DNA of 64,000 nt, from contig OZ024746.1 of assembly GCA_964016885.1 (NCBI GenBank), forward strand, positions 8,494,001 through 8,558,000, written 5' to 3'. Source of the stretch: Eledone cirrhosa (taxonomy: Eukaryota). Below the pieces are notes generated by a model, which worked only from the letters and a program-made list of their open reading frames with translations, searched no databases and was not told the origin of the DNA. A program made the position numbers and the translations under genes. Below, piece by piece: positions 61,235 through 64,000 of the stretch (within the stretch, counting starts at the first letter, position 1; the number at the start of each line of letters is the position of its first letter).

Positions 61235-61415
61235 ACACGTGGTTAGAATGTCTCAGGAAAGAATCGCTGGACAGATTTTTACGGGCAAAACCAGTCAGCA
61301 GGAGACCCAGGGGTAGACCTCAGGCAAGATGGTTGGGTAACATCCGTGAATTTGGCTGATCTCGTTTGGGGATCCAACTGGATCAGTTGGAGTCAGTTGC
61401 TTCTGACAGGACTGG
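61235..61415 (+). mobile_element. RTE-clade LINE 3' fragment
   Basis: HVVRMSQERIA..RRPRGRPQARW. Confidence 0.6.
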
Positions 61416-62130
61416 CAATAAGTATTACAACAACAACAACATCAGTAACAACAGCAACAGTAACAACAACCACTACAGCAACAACAACAACAATAGCAAC
61501 AACAACAACAACAACAACAACAACAGTAACAACAACAACTACAGCAACAACAACAACAACAATAGCAACAACAACAACAACAGTAACAACAACAACAACA
61601 ACAACTACAACAGCTACAACAAACTACAACAACAACAACAACGACGACGACAACAACAACAACAACAACAACTACAACTACAACTACAACAACAACTATA
61701 ACAACAACAACAACCACAACAACAACAACAACAAGCAGCAGAAGTGACGTAAAGAAGACATTTGATGAATGGAAATGTTTTGCCCTGAAATTGTACAAAA
61801 CAGGAGTTTGTGGAAATGATTTGATTGAAATCACAAGAAAAGTACATCTTCGATCTCACACATCAATATTCTCACATGAAGATATCACTCCACACCCCTC
61901 TCCCCCCTCTCTCTCTTCCACCTTTCTCCTTCTATCTCTCTCTTTCTGTATCTCCCCTTCTCTCTCTCTTCCTCATCTCTCCTATCTCCCTCTCTAGCTA
62001 TTTCCTCTCACATTCTTTCTATTTTTCGCATTCTTTATTCACCCTCCCTATGATGTGTATCTCTCTTTCTCTCTCTCCTGTCTCTTTACACACACACATA
62101 AGCATATATATATATACACACACACACACG

Positions 62131-62163
<33 letters not shown>

Positions 62164-62252
62164 TTACATACATACACATAAACTCTCAAAAGCGTGAACC
62201 TAATAAAATACCATTTGTACTGCCTCTCTGTTTTTTGTTCTTGTCTAATATT

Positions 62253-62300
<48 letters not shown>

Positions 62301-63610
62301 CGCACGTACACACGTACACACACATACACACATACACATACACATACACACACATATATATATATTGCTTGGTGTGTGAAGATTGGATTCCCACATATGC
62401 CGTAGTTGTCTGTTGAGTGACTGTGTAATTCTTACTGTTGTGTGTGAGTGAAGGAGTTATTTTCATTTTGCTACTAATGTTATTTACTGACGATATATAA
62501 ACGTGTGTTTATTATTCACAGTTGTATAAATAACATTACAAATATTCACTCAGCTGGCTTTAAAACCATTGATATATACCGAAGACGCTACTTTTTTCCT
62601 AAAACAAGTCTCAAAAATTTACTATGCGTCCTGGAGGTCGAAGGGTGTTTATTATTTTTTTTCAAATTTTTGGTTGTCAAAATCAGGGTGCCCTCCTCGA
62701 AGACGAAGCGTCTTCGGCGCCGGGAAATATGGTACCTAAATATGAAAAACAAATATAAAAGCAAAATTAAGTAGAGGAAAGGACTATAAAAGCCAAAAAT
62801 GAAAGGAAAAGGAAGGGAAAAACAAAGACTCTAACGCGACAGAAGAAGGGGGAAGGGGAGAGGGTGATAGGTTCTGATCCTAGGATGGGGTGGTGTTGGG
62901 CGCTGCACAACAAAAGCAGACAATGGCCAGCGACACCCGCTGCAACAGCCACCCCCACCCCGCAGGAATTCTTCCTCAGACGGGCCGCTGACGTTCCGAC
63001 CTTGCGGAGGAGTTCGGCAGTACGGGGCCTGAGAAATAGAAGCTTCACCGTAACATTGACTAAATAATAGTCTAATAATGGGGCATATAAACAGACACAA
63101 TGGAAAAAAGATGGATATCAGTTTCCTTCTATAATAGTATTTATGTTGTATATATTCACCTGTAAAGCTATGTGAATGTGTGATGTGAGTTACTAACAAT
63201 GATTTCTTATATAGGCACAAGGCCAACAATTTTTGGGAAGGGGGAAGTCGATTAAATCGACACCAGTGTGTAACTGGTACTTTATTTTATCGACCCCGTA
63301 ATGATGAAAGGCAAAGTTAACCTCGGCGGGATTTGAACTCAGATCATAAAGGGCCGTAACTCCTAATTATCGTATATCTAGACTTCGACGTAGAGAGAAA
63401 AGTACTTCAAAGATGTAAGCTATACAGAAATGGTATAAACCACAATTGAAAATACCGTCTTAGTACTATAGTCTTAGAGACAAAGCTCCAACACCGCCCC
63501 GCCATAGATCCACAGCCCATCACCCCCCCATCTGTAGCACTAGATCCCTTGCTTTCCCCCTCCCTTTTCCGTTTGTAAATACTTGTAGTGTTTTTCTAAT
63601 GATATATATA

Positions 63611-63695
<85 letters not shown>

Positions 63696-63779
63696 GAGAA
63701 GAAAGAATACTGCGTGGTTACACATGGGTTACATATGATAAAAATAGTCCTTCGTCAGTGATTTTCCAACCTTCATTGG

Positions 63780-63810
<31 letters not shown>

Positions 63811-63849
63811 CCATATATATATATATATCCTCCGATCATGGTTGGTCAG

Positions 63850-64000
63850 TGTAACATTGAATATGTAAACCACTTCCAATACCTTAGCAGCAACATCTCT
63901 GACGATGGGGATGCTGAGGTGGATGTGCGCACAAGGCTGGGAAAAGCAGCAGCGGTCTTCCAGCGACTCCGTCCGGTATGGTCCAGGTGTTCCATCGGCA
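63850..64000 (+). pseudogene. LINE RT C-terminal fragment (RTE-like), running off the window
   Basis: IEYVNHFQYLSSNISDDGDAEVDVRTRLGKAAAVFQRLRPVW. Confidence 0.65.

Noticed and set aside
62820-63050. GC-rich islands with short ORFs (also 47310-47590 and 57215-57360)
   Set aside because: No identifiable motif; probably fragments of unrecognised repeats.

Overview
AT-rich, microsatellite-saturated, apparently non-genic animal DNA. The SINE families and repeat density suggest a cephalopod (octopus-like) genome; this is inference, and no database search was run. I found no convincing host gene, and nearly all listed ORFs are translations of simple repeats. The window holds: (1) more than 20 copies of a tRNA-headed SINE plus a CORE-type SINE; (2) a frameshifted ~2.8 kb R4/Dong-like RT+REL retrotransposon (50287-53048, minus) and short copies of two such families; (3) RTE-derived non-autonomous elements with (TATG)n tails; (4) Tx1/L1-, CRE-, RTE- and Penelope (GIY-YIG)-type fragments, a mariner MITE and a small Helitron. 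Two patterns stand out. First, four (TATG/CATA)n arrays each stack R4-like and RTE-derived elements in fixed, opposite polarity. Second, many short fold-back (palindromic) inserts sit at (TA)n tracts and carry minimal type I hammerhead ribozyme motifs from several unrelated families, including a U3:A8 core variant.
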